Shown here in pieces: positions 9,548-18,120 of a DNA stretch of 64,000 nucleotides. Within the stretch, counting starts at the first letter, position 1. Every line of letters starts with the position of its first letter. Below the pieces are notes generated by a model, which was not told the origin of the DNA, did not search any database, and saw nothing but the letters and a program-made list of their open reading frames with translations. The stretch is from positions 64,977 to 128,976 of the forward strand of contig JAPLVR010000006.1 of assembly GCA_026397015.1 (NCBI GenBank), in the 5' to 3' direction. The position numbers and the translations under genes are program-made. Origin of the DNA: Candidatus Iainarchaeum sp. (GTDB lineage Archaea; Iainarchaeota; Iainarchaeia; Iainarchaeales; JAAZKV01).

Positions 9548-10084
9548 TCACTTTTCTTCGGCAAGTTTCCTCGCGAGGAAAAGCTGTGCAATCTTATTCG
9601 GCAATTCAACCGTTTCGTCCTTTGCAAACGGGCCGTATTCTTTCATGTCGGTGCCGATAAACGTCGGAACTTCCTTAAGCATTTTCAATTCAACCCTGCC
9701 GCTTTCTTTTCCCCTCTCTTCGCCGAAAAGCGATTCGCAGATCTTGTTGTGCTCTTCAAGCACTTTCAAAAGTTTCTTGAAGGTCTCTTTTTCTTGCGCC
9801 GCCATTTTTTCTTCGGAAAAGTCCTCAGTGCGCGAAACGATGAGCGCCTTGTTCAGGAGTTTCTTTTCACGGAGCAAAAAAATTTCTTCAACCACCTTTT
9901 TGAGATTTGAAAATTCACGCGCATCCGTTGGGGAAAAATTTTTCAATGAAGCTATGTAATTTTTTTTCTCGCCCTCGACAAAATCTTCAACAGAATCAAT
10001 GAAATCTGAATCAACCTCCACGAGGCGCGAGGTGTTCTTTTCCAGCCTGTGAATCCTTCTAAGCTCGTCGTAACTCATTTTCAT
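9548..10084 (-). CDS. GINS complex subunit (Gins51/Gins15-like)
   Basis: I place the start at MKMSYDELRRIHRLEK, whose ATG overlaps the priS stop (ATGA). The N-terminal helical domain plus C-terminal LKEVPTFIGTDMKEYGPFAKDETVELPNKIAQLFLARKLAE fits archaeal Gins51. Adjacency to priS is a known conserved arrangement. Confidence 0.6.
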   Translation of the reverse strand: MKMSYDELRRIHRLEKNTSRLVEVDSDFIDSVEDFVEGEKKNYIASLKNFSPTDAREFSNLKKVVEEIFLLREKKLLNKALIVSRTEDFSEEKMAAQEKETFKKLLKVLEEHNKICESLFGEERGKESGRVELKMLKEVPTFIGTDMKEYGPFAKDETVELPNKIAQLFLARKLAEEK

Positions 10085-11322
10085 CTGAGAACAGCTCCCT
10101 TGCCAATCAAATAAATCGCGCAAAATAAAGGCACTTCCGACTCTTCGTTTTCAAAAGGACCGAAAGACTGCCCACACAGTGAAAACCTTGGTGCCTTACT
10201 AATAAAAACCTTTACTAACCCGCTGCCGAAAAGATTCTCATCCGCAAAAACAACCGGGTCCGTGAAAGGGTCGAACTTTTTTAGTTCGCCGACTGGAATC
10301 CTTTTCGCGCAAAAACCCGTTTCGCCGTGAAGAGTTTCCGGAACGCGGATTATTTTGTGCAAATCAATGCTGGTTTGCCTGTCGATGGGAAGCATTTCCT
10401 CGCCCGCCACCATTTCAAGAATTTTTTTCCAAAACTCCTTGCTTTTCCTTCCCTCGGCCGGAAAAAGGATTCCGCGCCTCATGCCCGAAAGGACCTCCTG
10501 CTTTAAATCAAAAAATTTTTTCATTTTCTTTATTGAAAAGCCGGTGAAGGCGGCAACCCTTTCAGGGTCTTTTTCAAATAAATTTTCGATGCCTTTGTTC
10601 AGTCTTTTTCTCCACGCGCCGTCTTCTCTCGGGCACGTTATCGGCGCGGAAGAAATCCCGTAGCCGAGCTTTTCAAAAAACATTCCAGAAGCCGTAAGAT
10701 AATCCACCAGTTCTATCCGCGCGCCCCTCCCGAGATTTCTTATCTCTTTTCCTTGCAAGTGTATGTGATAGCCCGCCTTCCCCGAAAAATTCACTTCTAT
10801 CCCTTCGGTGAAACCGAAATCATCCTTCAAAAAATCTATCAGGCGAAAAACATGGCGCTTTGCCTCTCCAAGGCATTCGCTGCAAAACCACTGGCTCACT
10901 TCGACTCCTTCTCCGCATTCGGGACAATTTTCAATGGCACCCTTTCCAAAATGCCCTTTCGGGCATTTCCATGAATCGTGCTTCTCTTTGCAACTGGTTT
11001 GTATGTCGTCGGCATCAAATTCGTAAACTATATCGGCGCCCAAAAGTTCCTTGGCTTCCATCGGTTTTCTATTCGGATACCTGTAATAAGCGGTTGAGTA
11101 TGAAAAAAAAAGCGGAACCTGCGCGAATAAAAAGTCATTCACAATCTTTTCAGACGAAAACGAAATGTTTCTGTCGGCAATTTTTCTTCCGAAAACGCCG
11201 TATCCGAATTCGCGCCTCTCCACTTCCGGCACAGAGCCGACAAAATTTTTTTTGTAATACTCCTGAAAGTGCCTTTTCAAAAAAGTTTCCTCTTTTTGAA
11301 AATTAATCTTTGAAAAAGTCAT
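10081..11322 (-). CDS. priS: DNA primase small (catalytic) subunit PriS
   Basis: Catalytic IVYEFDADD, Zn-binding CPKGH...CPECG...CSEC, and HIHL. I prefer the start MTFSKINF at 11322 (GGAGCGGGGG upstream, ATGA overlap with the priL stop) over the track start at 11337. Confidence 0.85.
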   Translation of the reverse strand: MTFSKINFQKEETFLKRHFQEYYKKNFVGSVPEVERREFGYGVFGRKIADRNISFSSEKIVNDFLFAQVPLFFSYSTAYYRYPNRKPMEAKELLGADIVYEFDADDIQTSCKEKHDSWKCPKGHFGKGAIENCPECGEGVEVSQWFCSECLGEAKRHVFRLIDFLKDDFGFTEGIEVNFSGKAGYHIHLQGKEIRNLGRGARIELVDYLTASGMFFEKLGYGISSAPITCPREDGAWRKRLNKGIENLFEKDPERVAAFTGFSIKKMKKFFDLKQEVLSGMRRGILFPAEGRKSKEFWKKILEMVAGEEMLPIDRQTSIDLHKIIRVPETLHGETGFCAKRIPVGELKKFDPFTDPVVFADENLFGSGLVKVFISKAPRFSLCGQSFGPFENEESEVPLFCAIYLIGKGAVLR

Positions 11323-12377
11323 TTGCCCCCGCTCCATGCTTTTGAAATTTCTTTCTCAGGTTTTGGGCTTTCTGCAATCCTTCTGGATTGCCTGAGTTTC
11401 CGCATGTAATACTGCAGCGGATGGTTCTCGCCGCATTCCTGCTCGCATCCTTTGACTTTCAACCCGTACTCTTTTATTTTTTTGCATCCCGGAGCGGAAA
11501 GCTTTTTTTCAAAAATTCTTAAAATGTGATAGCGGGCAATGTGCGGTTTGTAATCCGGGCTCTTTGCAAACAAAGCAGTGAGCTCTTCCTGTGTAAAGCC
11601 GACTTTGTAGAGAAAAGAAGCAACCGTGACGCGGGCAGCATAGGAAAGTTTTTTCCCGGCTGCCAGGTCGGAGTAAAGCGCCTTCATGCAAGGCGGGAAA
11701 AAGTTAGGATTAATCTTTCCGGAAACCTTTAGGTCGAATTCTTTTCTTTCAATGGAGCCTATCTGCGTTTCGATGCTCCTTGCCATCTGTTTAAACTCTC
11801 TCGAAATATCTTCCCCTGCTATCGGAAGAGAATCGAAAACTTTTTTGTATGCGATTTCGGAAAGGAAGCGCGCAAAATCCATTCCGTTCAAAAAAACTTT
11901 TCCGCACAAAACGCTCTGATTCACAAGTTTCAATTCCTCGTCATTAAAATTTATTTTTAAATATTCAAGAAGGGGCACTTCCACAAAAAATTCTTTTTTT
12001 TCCGCAAGCAAAAACTTCACACCCAGTTCTTCCGCAAGGTCGATTGAAAGTTTCCTTGGATTTTTCGCGGCGGAGAGGTGGGAAAAAGTGTTCCTTTCAA
12101 TCATCATGGAAAACTTTTCCGCGATGCGCGGCTGAGACATTGCGGAAACAAACATTTTTGCAACGGGAAAAGCAATTATTTCATGGCTCAGAATTTCTTC
12201 GGAAGGATTATTCATCTCAAGCAAATATTGTTTTCCGGCTGCCGCCCTCGAAACCATCAGGGCTGCCTTCTTGACCGCCTCCGGAGGGGCGCTTTGAATC
12301 GAAATGTTTGACTTCTTCAAAATAGCCCTTGCTTTTTCCGTAAAGGGAAATTTTTGGGAGAAAGAAAGGTCATCCAT
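11319..12377 (-). CDS. priL: DNA primase large subunit PriL
   Basis: 352 aa. FPPCMKALYSDLAAGKKLSYAARVTVASFLYKVGF plus C-terminal cysteines (CKKI...C..EC) fit the Fe-S domain. Confidence 0.8.
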   Translation of the reverse strand: MDDLSFSQKFPFTEKARAILKKSNISIQSAPPEAVKKAALMVSRAAAGKQYLLEMNNPSEEILSHEIIAFPVAKMFVSAMSQPRIAEKFSMMIERNTFSHLSAAKNPRKLSIDLAEELGVKFLLAEKKEFFVEVPLLEYLKINFNDEELKLVNQSVLCGKVFLNGMDFARFLSEIAYKKVFDSLPIAGEDISREFKQMARSIETQIGSIERKEFDLKVSGKINPNFFPPCMKALYSDLAAGKKLSYAARVTVASFLYKVGFTQEELTALFAKSPDYKPHIARYHILRIFEKKLSAPGCKKIKEYGLKVKGCEQECGENHPLQYYMRKLRQSRRIAESPKPEKEISKAWSGGK

Positions 12378-12480
12378 AAAACTAAGCTTAGTGAGAAACC
12401 ATTAAATAACTTCTATGCGCGCAACACAAACAGACCGTTAAATCCAAAAAACATCTTAAAAATCACGGAATGCCGAAAAA

Positions 12481-13200
12481 TCAAAGAATCATGCTAGCGA
12501 GATAAAACACTATCCTGCTCTCGCCGATTGAAAAGGAAACCCTCATCGGGGCATCATTTTTGAGTTCGATTAAAACGGGCTTTTCATTCTCCGCCTCCTT
12601 CACGATGTTTTGAAAAAAATTAAGGGAAAACTTTACCGTAACGCCTTCCTTCGAAGAAACTTTTATTGCCTTGCCGACCGCCTCGGAATCCATTGCCCCC
12701 TGCGGGCCCCTGGCCTCAACAATAAATTTTCCGTTTGAAACTTTAAGTACAACCGCACTGCCGAAGAGGCTCGCATCCTTCAACAGTTCCTTCAAATTGA
12801 AGCCGGAAATCTCCACCCTCGCGTCGTACTTTATGTCCGGAACTTTTACATTCCCTTCAGAAACATCCACAAGAGGAAGTTTGAAACCCCTTTTCAAATC
12901 CGATTCAAGCCGTATCTTCAGCTCGGAATCGGAAACGCCCATTACAAGCTTGTCGCGTGTGGTGGCTCGCTGCATTATCTTGTTGAAGGCAATCAAATCA
13001 ATTCCCACAAAATTTGGTTCTATTGTATACTCGTCAAACAGCTTTTTGTCAACAAAATAATCCACCAAAATTATCTGGCTCGGGTCGGTGGCTTTGAAAA
13101 AAATACCTTTTTCTGAAAAGCGGAAATTTCCCTGCGGAACAAAAAAAGAAACGGCTTCGATAGCCCTTTTCCAAAAATCGACTTTTCTCAGCTCAATCAA
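12481..13200 (-). CDS. pcn: DNA polymerase sliding clamp PCNA (paralog 1)
   Basis: 239 aa with a PCNA pattern throughout: ATDPSQIILVDY, FKLPLVDVS, C-terminal VFYLASMIL. Confidence 0.85.
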   Translation of the reverse strand: MIELRKVDFWKRAIEAVSFFVPQGNFRFSEKGIFFKATDPSQIILVDYFVDKKLFDEYTIEPNFVGIDLIAFNKIMQRATTRDKLVMGVSDSELKIRLESDLKRGFKLPLVDVSEGNVKVPDIKYDARVEISGFNLKELLKDASLFGSAVVLKVSNGKFIVEARGPQGAMDSEAVGKAIKVSSKEGVTVKFSLNFFQNIVKEAENEKPVLIELKNDAPMRVSFSIGESRIVFYLASMIL

Positions 13201-13376
13201 TCAAATCGCCCTCAAAAACAATAAAAAAACAAAAACCCGAAAAAAACCCGCAAATTTCTACAGAATGAAACGGCGAAGGTTATTTAAATTATTTTTCAGG
13301 GGCAAAGCAAAAAGTTTTAGGAAAGGCCCTAAAAAAACCGAAAAAAATGGGTGAATTCCGGGAAAATTATCGAAAA

Positions 13377-14129
13377 TTACTGGCTTTCAATTCGCGGAGC
13401 AAGGAAATATGTTATACTTGCGTTGCCGATAGGGTAAGAAATTTTAACCGGCGCATTTGTTTTGAGGAAAACGCTGACCGGATTTTCGGAATCCGCTGCC
13501 TTCAGCATATCCTGCAAATAATCAAGCGGAAACATGCTTTTGCACTCGCGCTTCACTTTCATTTCTGGAAGGGTTTCCTTGTTCTGTGGCGTCTCTTCAT
13601 TCAAGTTTCCCTTCGAAGAGGTTGCTTTAACAAAAAATTTTTTTTCAGTGACGCCGAGAGTAACGTGCGTGCTTATCAGCGCCGCATCCTTGAAAGAACT
13701 CTGAAGCAGTGATGCACTTGCCTTTATTTCTGCGTCAAAATCGATTTTCGGATTTGGGACCTCGCTGGAGGAAATATCTATCAACGGAACCTGAAATGAC
13801 TTGTCGCCAGTGCCCTTGAATGAAACGATTATGTGCGCTTTTTTTTCATCCAGCGCGAGCTCGAGCTTCTCCCCGGATTGAACGCGTGATAAAATCCTGT
13901 TAAAGTAATCCAAATCAAGCCCGAGTTTAATATCATCCGAATCGAATTTTTCAAAAGCGCTTTTAGGGAGGGAAAAATCAACCATCGAAATCTGGCTCGG
14001 ATCGGTGGCCCGCAATTCCAAACCATTTTTTCCCACCACAAGCTCCGCCTCGTCAATCAGGACTGAGACTGCTTCGATACACCGCCTAAAAACCATGCCG
14101 TCTTTTAAAATCAGTTTCATCAAAATCAC
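13377..14129 (-). CDS. pcn: DNA polymerase sliding clamp PCNA (paralog 2)
   Basis: 250 aa: ATDPSQISMVDF, FQVPLIDIS, and the canonical C-terminal TYFLAPRIE. The start could be 14120 (MKLIL). Confidence 0.85.
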   Translation of the reverse strand: MILMKLILKDGMVFRRCIEAVSVLIDEAELVVGKNGLELRATDPSQISMVDFSLPKSAFEKFDSDDIKLGLDLDYFNRILSRVQSGEKLELALDEKKAHIIVSFKGTGDKSFQVPLIDISSSEVPNPKIDFDAEIKASASLLQSSFKDAALISTHVTLGVTEKKFFVKATSSKGNLNEETPQNKETLPEMKVKRECKSMFPLDYLQDMLKAADSENPVSVFLKTNAPVKISYPIGNASITYFLAPRIESQ

Positions 14130-14253
14130 CGCTTAAAAAAATCACTGCAAAAACTTTCCTATTTACTTAAGGAAGGGCTCATTACTTTTAAAAACTCACT
14201 GCCTACTGTGACGCCCAACGAGGTCGAGCACGCCGAAACGCCCAATAAAAAAA

Positions 14254-14685
14254 TTATTTTTCTTTTTTATAATCAATTATTTTTCCGGAAGGGTTCAGCA
14301 CGATTGAAAGTTTAACTCCTGAAATTTCGACAGCCGCGACAAAAGTCTTTGAATCCTCTGCAGCCTTCAAATCAATCACCTTTACGGTCGAACCCACCTG
14401 GGACTCGAGCTTCGATTTAAATTTTTTAACGAGCATCTCCTTGATTGAAAGATCCGGAATCTGAACCGGCTCATTTTCTTCTTTCGGAACCGCTTTCCCT
14501 CCTCTTATCAAATCGACATGCCTTAGCACGTGGTCTATTTTTTTCTCCTCATCGGATTTCCTGTTTTTTAGCAGGTAAATGATTATTGCAACTGCAATTA
14601 TAACAAAAGAAAGCGCAATCACCATAAGGGATACGTTGACAATGAAATCCGCCGGCACCGAGGCAATCACTTTCACCAAATCCAT
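14254..14685 (-). CDS. hypothetical membrane-anchored protein
   Basis: 143-aa ORF with one N-terminal TM helix. The small C-terminal beta-rich domain has no motif I recognise. Confidence 0.45.
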   Translation of the reverse strand: MDLVKVIASVPADFIVNVSLMVIALSFVIIAVAIIIYLLKNRKSDEEKKIDHVLRHVDLIRGGKAVPKEENEPVQIPDLSIKEMLVKKFKSKLESQVGSTVKVIDLKAAEDSKTFVAAVEISGVKLSIVLNPSGKIIDYKKEK

Positions 14686-14727
14686 AATTAACTAACCGCC
14701 TTCAAAAATAAAAACTCTTCCATTCAG

Positions 14728-15510
14728 TCAGCAATAGCCCCTGAAATCATCGGGCAACTTTCCCCTGGTCAAAAGGGAAAGAGGGTTGTCAATAATCCAC
14801 AATTTTACGCAACCAATCTTCGGAATCTGAAAGAAGGAAATCCCCTGAACGTCTTTTGCATTCACCGCATAAAATGTAATGCACGGTTTTTCAGACTTGT
14901 TTAAAATTATTTTTCCGCAGTCCTGGTCGATGGTTGGATTGGTTAAATCGTTGTCCCCCTTTGTGAGCAGGAATATCCCGTCATTTGCGCGGATTTTTGC
15001 CACGGCCCTGTGAATAATCGGAATCCCCATCGGGTATGCTACATAAACAATCACGGAACCTTCTTTGTTCAGAAAAATTTTTTGGCCATCTTCGAACATT
15101 ACCGAATCAATAACTTTTTTTTCAAAATTGTAGTTGATTGAAGCATAATCATAAACCGGCAGCTGCGAAATATTTTTGTCGAGCGTTATTTCCTGCGCAG
15201 AAATTTTTTCGGCGTCTCGACCGGCGCCCCCGAGCGCAACCACGTCGCCGCGAAACATCACGTTTTCCATGCTGCCGGAATAAACAATCATTAGCGGGTT
15301 TGCGGTGCCGAAAAGCAGTCCGAGAATAATATAAAGCGCGGCGGCAAACAAAGCCGCAAAAAAAAGGTTCACAAAATCTTCGACAAGCCTGTTGCCGGTA
15401 ATTTTTTTCACGCGCGGCATTACAAAAATATCGACACAGGTAAAAGGATCAAGCCACCTCATCCATGCAAGCTTTTCCCTGATTTTTTTTATTGTGCCCA
15501 TTTGAACCAA
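14728..15510 (-). CDS. signal peptidase I (archaeal/ER S26B type)
   Basis: Ser box VYSGSMENVMFRGDVV, His box IIHRAVA, and TKGDND. An N-terminal TM anchor is present. Confidence 0.75.
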   Translation of the reverse strand: MVQMGTIKKIREKLAWMRWLDPFTCVDIFVMPRVKKITGNRLVEDFVNLFFAALFAAALYIILGLLFGTANPLMIVYSGSMENVMFRGDVVALGGAGRDAEKISAQEITLDKNISQLPVYDYASINYNFEKKVIDSVMFEDGQKIFLNKEGSVIVYVAYPMGIPIIHRAVAKIRANDGIFLLTKGDNDLTNPTIDQDCGKIILNKSEKPCITFYAVNAKDVQGISFFQIPKIGCVKLWIIDNPLSLLTRGKLPDDFRGYC

Positions 15511-15566
15511 AACCCGCTTTCAAAAAAAACTTTGCTTTCAAAAAAAACCATTTTTCAAAAAATTGT

Positions 15567-16583
15567 CTAAAAGAGATCCGTATCACACACATCTGAACTG
15601 CTTTTTCTGCCGTAAAGCACCACCAGAAGTATTACTGTGACCATGTAAACAAATCCCATGCCGTAGTAAAGCACCGAATTGGATTCAGTCATTATCAGGG
15701 CCTCCATTATCGCGCCGTAAAATACCGAAAAGAACGCCAGCCCGGTGAGAAAAATAAAATCCTTGAATATTAATTCAAACTCGTGAGTGAGGAATTTTCC
15801 CTTTGCAACCATTGCCGAAATTATCGCGCCCGCAAGTGCGCCGAAAATATAACCCAAAAGTTCCGGCGGGCCGTGGCCGATAAGCATGCTTTCAAGCATC
15901 CCGAGACCCTGAACTATCGCGCCCGAAGCAATCATTTCCCCAAAAAATATTCCGAGGACGGAGGCGTTCCATGCAATAAGAAAAATTGCGCCCGCACCAT
16001 AAAACAATGAAAGGATTAATGTGAAAACTAATACACCTGAATTATTTTCAAAAATATATGCGGCGCATGAAGCAAGATTTTTTGTTTCCGAATTCTTGCA
16101 TTCTTCCATCGCAAGCGCGGTAGCCTTCCCAGTGACTGTTCCGGCCTTTTCGCTTTCCCCTGCGACCATCGAGAACGGGTTTCCCCCCTCGCACTTTCCG
16201 GAAATGGCGCAAAAAGTTTTCATTTGCTCTGAGAAAATCGATTTGCTCTGCTCCTGCGGAATAACAAGATAAACGATTGAAAATGTGAGGATTATTCCTA
16301 CAAAGAGCCACACATAAATCATTATCAAATTAAAATGTCGGGCGAAAAAAGTCACACAACTTTTTTTTGTCAACGCCTCTTCGGACTCTTCATGGAGCAG
16401 TATGCGGTGAATAAGCGGGGCAAAACCTATTGTAATGAAAGCGATTGAAAGGACGCTTGAATAAGCCGGAAAAAAGGCGTTGGCACAGATTAGGCTTCCG
16501 ACAGAAATCACAACCGCCATGAACAAAATGAAGAGAGGATGCTTCCGCACAACCCTTTCCCCGAGTACAGACTCCAAAACCAT
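15567..16583 (-). CDS. SpoIIM-like integral membrane protein
   Basis: 338 aa, multi-pass. IFENNSGVLVFTLILSLFYGAGAIFLIAWNASVLG and HGPPELLGYIFGALAG match SpoIIM-family blocks. There is a cytoplasmic or loop insertion with 4 Cys. Confidence 0.55.
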   Translation of the reverse strand: MVLESVLGERVVRKHPLFILFMAVVISVGSLICANAFFPAYSSVLSIAFITIGFAPLIHRILLHEESEEALTKKSCVTFFARHFNLIMIYVWLFVGIILTFSIVYLVIPQEQSKSIFSEQMKTFCAISGKCEGGNPFSMVAGESEKAGTVTGKATALAMEECKNSETKNLASCAAYIFENNSGVLVFTLILSLFYGAGAIFLIAWNASVLGIFFGEMIASGAIVQGLGMLESMLIGHGPPELLGYIFGALAGAIISAMVAKGKFLTHEFELIFKDFIFLTGLAFFSVFYGAIMEALIMTESNSVLYYGMGFVYMVTVILLVVLYGRKSSSDVCDTDLF

Positions 16584-16634
16584 TGAACCACTGCCAGACC
16601 TTAGCGCGAACGCCAGTGCTTTTTTGCGCTTCGC

Positions 16635-16655
16635 TTTATATACCTTTTATATACC
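16635..16655. promoter_or_regulatory. tandem duplicated TATA-like element in a divergent promoter region
   Basis: TTTATATACC occurs twice, 11 nt apart (16635-16644 and 16646-16655), between the divergent SpoIIM-like and csl4 genes. Confidence 0.3.
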
Positions 16656-16735
16656 TTATCATAAAGTAAGTTTTTGTGTATAAATAACTTTCCTAATATA
16701 AAAAAGCAGGGGTTCCTAATTTTTGGGGTGGCTGA

Positions 16736-17695
16736 ATGGATAAGAAAGCGCGAATTGTTTTTCCGGGTGAATTCATAACGACTGAAGAGGAGTTCGCCCC
16801 TGGCAGAAACACTTTCGAAGAAGGTGGAATAATAAGGGCAAGCATAATCGGAGAAGCTGATTTTGACGATTTGAACAAGGAAGTTAAGGTAAAAGGAAAA
16901 TCAATAACAAAGCTCAGAACCGGAGACATTGTAACGGCAAAAATAATGTCGGTAAGAGAGTCAAAAGTTTCCGTAGGCATTGTCAGTGTTGAGAACGAAA
17001 CCCTTGGGAAAAAAGTGCTTAGCGTTATGAGCGCGATGATTCCTGTGAGAAATGTTTCAAACGCATACGTAACAGATTTGACAGACTTTTTCAAGGTCGG
17101 GGACATAATACGCGCGAAAGTTGCGATGGCAAACGACCTCGCAGTCGACCTTCAAACCAATGAAAAAGGATTGGGCGTCATAAAGGCATATTGCCACAAC
17201 TGCAGGAAAGAACTTTCTTACAACGGCGGAAAACTCATGTGCCTAAACTGCGGAAATGTAGAAGAAAGAAAATGGTTCGAAGCGGAAGATGTGAGAGGCG
17301 AAAGAAGGGACTTCGGCGGGGAAAGAAGAGGATTCGGAGGCGGCGGCAGAAGAGACTTTGGCGGAGACAGAAGAAGCTTCGGCGGAGAAAGAAGAGGATT
17401 CGGAGACAGAGGGGGAGAAAGGCGTTTTGGCAGCAGGGATGCCGGAGGAAGAGGATTCGGGGGCAGACCACGCGAAGAAAGAAATTTTGGCGGCGGAAGA
17501 AGCTTTGATGCAGACGACAGAAGCCAGCACGGATTTGGAAGGGGGGGATCAGGACGAAACTTTGGCGGACATGGTGAAAGAAAAGACTTTGGGAGCCACA
17601 GCGACAAAAGGGCCTTCGTTCAGCGCGAAGCGAGGTTTGAAAAGGATTTTAAAAATGACCGCAAGCATTTTAGTGGCGGAAGCAACAGAAGATAA
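16736..17695 (+). CDS. csl4: exosome complex RNA-binding protein Csl4 with C-terminal RGG/FG-repeat tail
   Basis: GGGGTGG lies 5 nt upstream of the ATG. N-terminal domain VFPGEFITTEEEFAPG, S1 domain GDIVTAKIMSVRESKVSVGI, Zn-ribbon CHNC...CLNC, then ~130 aa of R/G/F/D repeats. Confidence 0.8.
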   Translation: MDKKARIVFPGEFITTEEEFAPGRNTFEEGGIIRASIIGEADFDDLNKEVKVKGKSITKLRTGDIVTAKIMSVRESKVSVGIVSVENETLGKKVLSVMSAMIPVRNVSNAYVTDLTDFFKVGDIIRAKVAMANDLAVDLQTNEKGLGVIKAYCHNCRKELSYNGGKLMCLNCGNVEERKWFEAEDVRGERRDFGGERRGFGGGGRRDFGGDRRSFGGERRGFGDRGGERRFGSRDAGGRGFGGRPREERNFGGGRSFDADDRSQHGFGRGGSGRNFGGHGERKDFGSHSDKRAFVQREARFEKDFKNDRKHFSGGSNRR

Positions 17696-17754
17696 ACCGC
17701 AGAAATGGTCAAAAAAATAAATTTATTGAATTGAAAGATGGAAGGGAGATTTAA

Positions 17755-18021
17755 ATGAAAATCGAAGTGATAAACCAGGACAAAAATATTTTGGAATTTT
17801 ATGTCGAGGGCGAAAGACACACCATCACAAACGTGCTGAGGGAAAGGCTTTCCCAGAACAGAGATGTCGAATTCTGCAGCTACAGGCTTGACCACCCGCT
17901 GGACAAGAGGGCGCGATTTGTCGTGCGCGCGGCGAATCCGAAAAAGGCAATCGAAGATACAATAAAAGAAATAACCGGCGAAGTCAGCGAATTCAAAAAG
18001 GCTTTTGAAAAAACAAAATAA
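17755..18021 (+). CDS. rpoL: DNA-directed RNA polymerase subunit L (Rpb11-like)
   Basis: 88 aa: ILEFYVEGERHTITNVLRERL...FCSYRLDHPLDKRARFVVRA. The csl4-rpoL adjacency is conserved in archaea. Confidence 0.8.
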   Translation: MKIEVINQDKNILEFYVEGERHTITNVLRERLSQNRDVEFCSYRLDHPLDKRARFVVRAANPKKAIEDTIKEITGEVSEFKKAFEKTK

Positions 18022-18120
18022 AGAAGAGCACAAAAAATAAAAAATAGTATAAAAAAAATAAAAAAAGGGCACAAAAGAACTTAATCAAAAAAAATTTTTA
18101 TCTCCGAACTTTTCAACTTT

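Noticed and set aside
17191-17720. Four overlapping 78-129-aa ORFs on both strands rich in R/K, P/L or E.
   Set aside because: They are by-products of the GGN/AGA/GAA repeat DNA encoding the Csl4 RGG tail. Only the csl4 frame is continuous with a recognisable protein.
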